Assembly: GCA_014879465.1 (NCBI GenBank)
Contig: JACSSA010000109.1
Location: forward strand, 3,891-67,890
Reading direction: 5' to 3'
Source of the DNA: Rhodothermales bacterium
Lineage (GTDB): Bacteria; Bacteroidota; Rhodothermia; Rhodothermales; BA12
DNA: 64,000 nt
The position numbers and the translations under genes are program-made. How positions within the stretch are numbered: the stretch's first letter is position 1; each line of letters opens with the position of its first letter. Of this stretch, positions 63,723-64,000 are shown one piece after another. Under the pieces are notes generated by a model. It ran no database searches. It was not told the origin of the DNA and saw nothing but the letters and a program-made list of their open reading frames with translations.

Positions 63723-64000
63723 ATGGATCTTGGTCTTTCCGGACGCCGCGCCGCCGTGCTGGGGGCCAGCCGAGGTTTGGGGCTTTACATGGCCCGTGCC
63801 TTGGCCGCCGAAGGCTGCCGCGTGTTGCTTGTGGCGCGGGGCGCGGAAGGCCTTGCCGAAGCGGCGTCGTCGTTTTCCGATCCGTCGCAGGTCGAAACGC
63901 TCGTGCTCGACGGCGCTGCGCCCGATGCGGGGGAGACGCTGCGCCGCGCCGCCGAGGCGCAACTGGGCGGCCTCGATCTGTTCGTCGGCAACGCGGGCGC
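63723..64000 (+). CDS. Short-chain dehydrogenase/reductase (5' partial, continues beyond the window)
   Basis: Hand translation gives MDLGLSGRRAAVLGASRGLGLYMARALAAEGCRVLLVAR...LDLFVGNAG, i.e. a Rossmann glycine motif plus NAG. Confidence 0.7.
   Translation, partial: MDLGLSGRRAAVLGASRGLGLYMARALAAEGCRVLLVARGAEGLAEAASSFSDPSQVETLVLDGAAPDAGETLRRAAEAQLGGLDLFVGNAG

Overview
High-GC bacterial chromosome segment. The T9SS-type C-terminal sorting domain, ELWxxDGT repeats and fused E1 dehydrogenase suggest a Rhodothermales/Bacteroidota-like host, but this is inference only. It carries two unrelated prophages. (A) 1-10217 is the right-hand part of an integrase-type element lying against tRNA-Val(CAC). 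It is a plus-strand operon with an XRE regulator, a replication-initiator-like gene carrying five in-frame 21-bp iterons, a frameshifted Dam methylase, a PAPS-reductase-like PP-loop enzyme, a Dcm C5-methylase, a Xis-like gene and a tyrosine integrase. (B) 22542-53405 is a 30,864-bp Mu-like transposable prophage with a DDE transposase, MuB-like ATPase, Gam, GemA, gpI protease/scaffold, DUF935-type portal, terminase, siphovirus-type tail module and an S24 CI-like repressor. It has transposed into a secreted zinc-metalloprotease gene. Deleting it in silico, together with one copy of the flanking CGT, rejoins the fragments 53406-55185 and 21805-22541 into one open 838-codon frame. Both phage termini read TGA...TCA, with a perfect 15-bp inverted repeat exactly 26 bp inside each end. 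The most interesting cargo sits at the right end of this prophage. A MuF-family head protein carries a roughly 230-aa AT-richer C-terminal extension with a PD-(D/E)xK nuclease-toxin-like signature, followed by an overlapping 66-aa acidic candidate immunity gene. Other notable items are listed below.
- A low-GC secreted moron lies downstream of the repressor.
- Twin perfect palindromes are embedded in an early gene.
- AACCTG/CAGGTT palindromes occupy the two late intergenic regions, and an Ogr/Delta-like zinc-finger gene sits behind a terminator.
- The module order is non-canonical for Mu-like phages.
- A REP-like host palindrome occurs three times.
Host genes between and after the prophages are ordinary: ECF sigma/anti-sigma, holA, nuoI, M1 aminopeptidase, enoyl-CoA hydratase, panB, accD, EF-G and others. 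All family names rest on motif recognition by eye; no searches were run.
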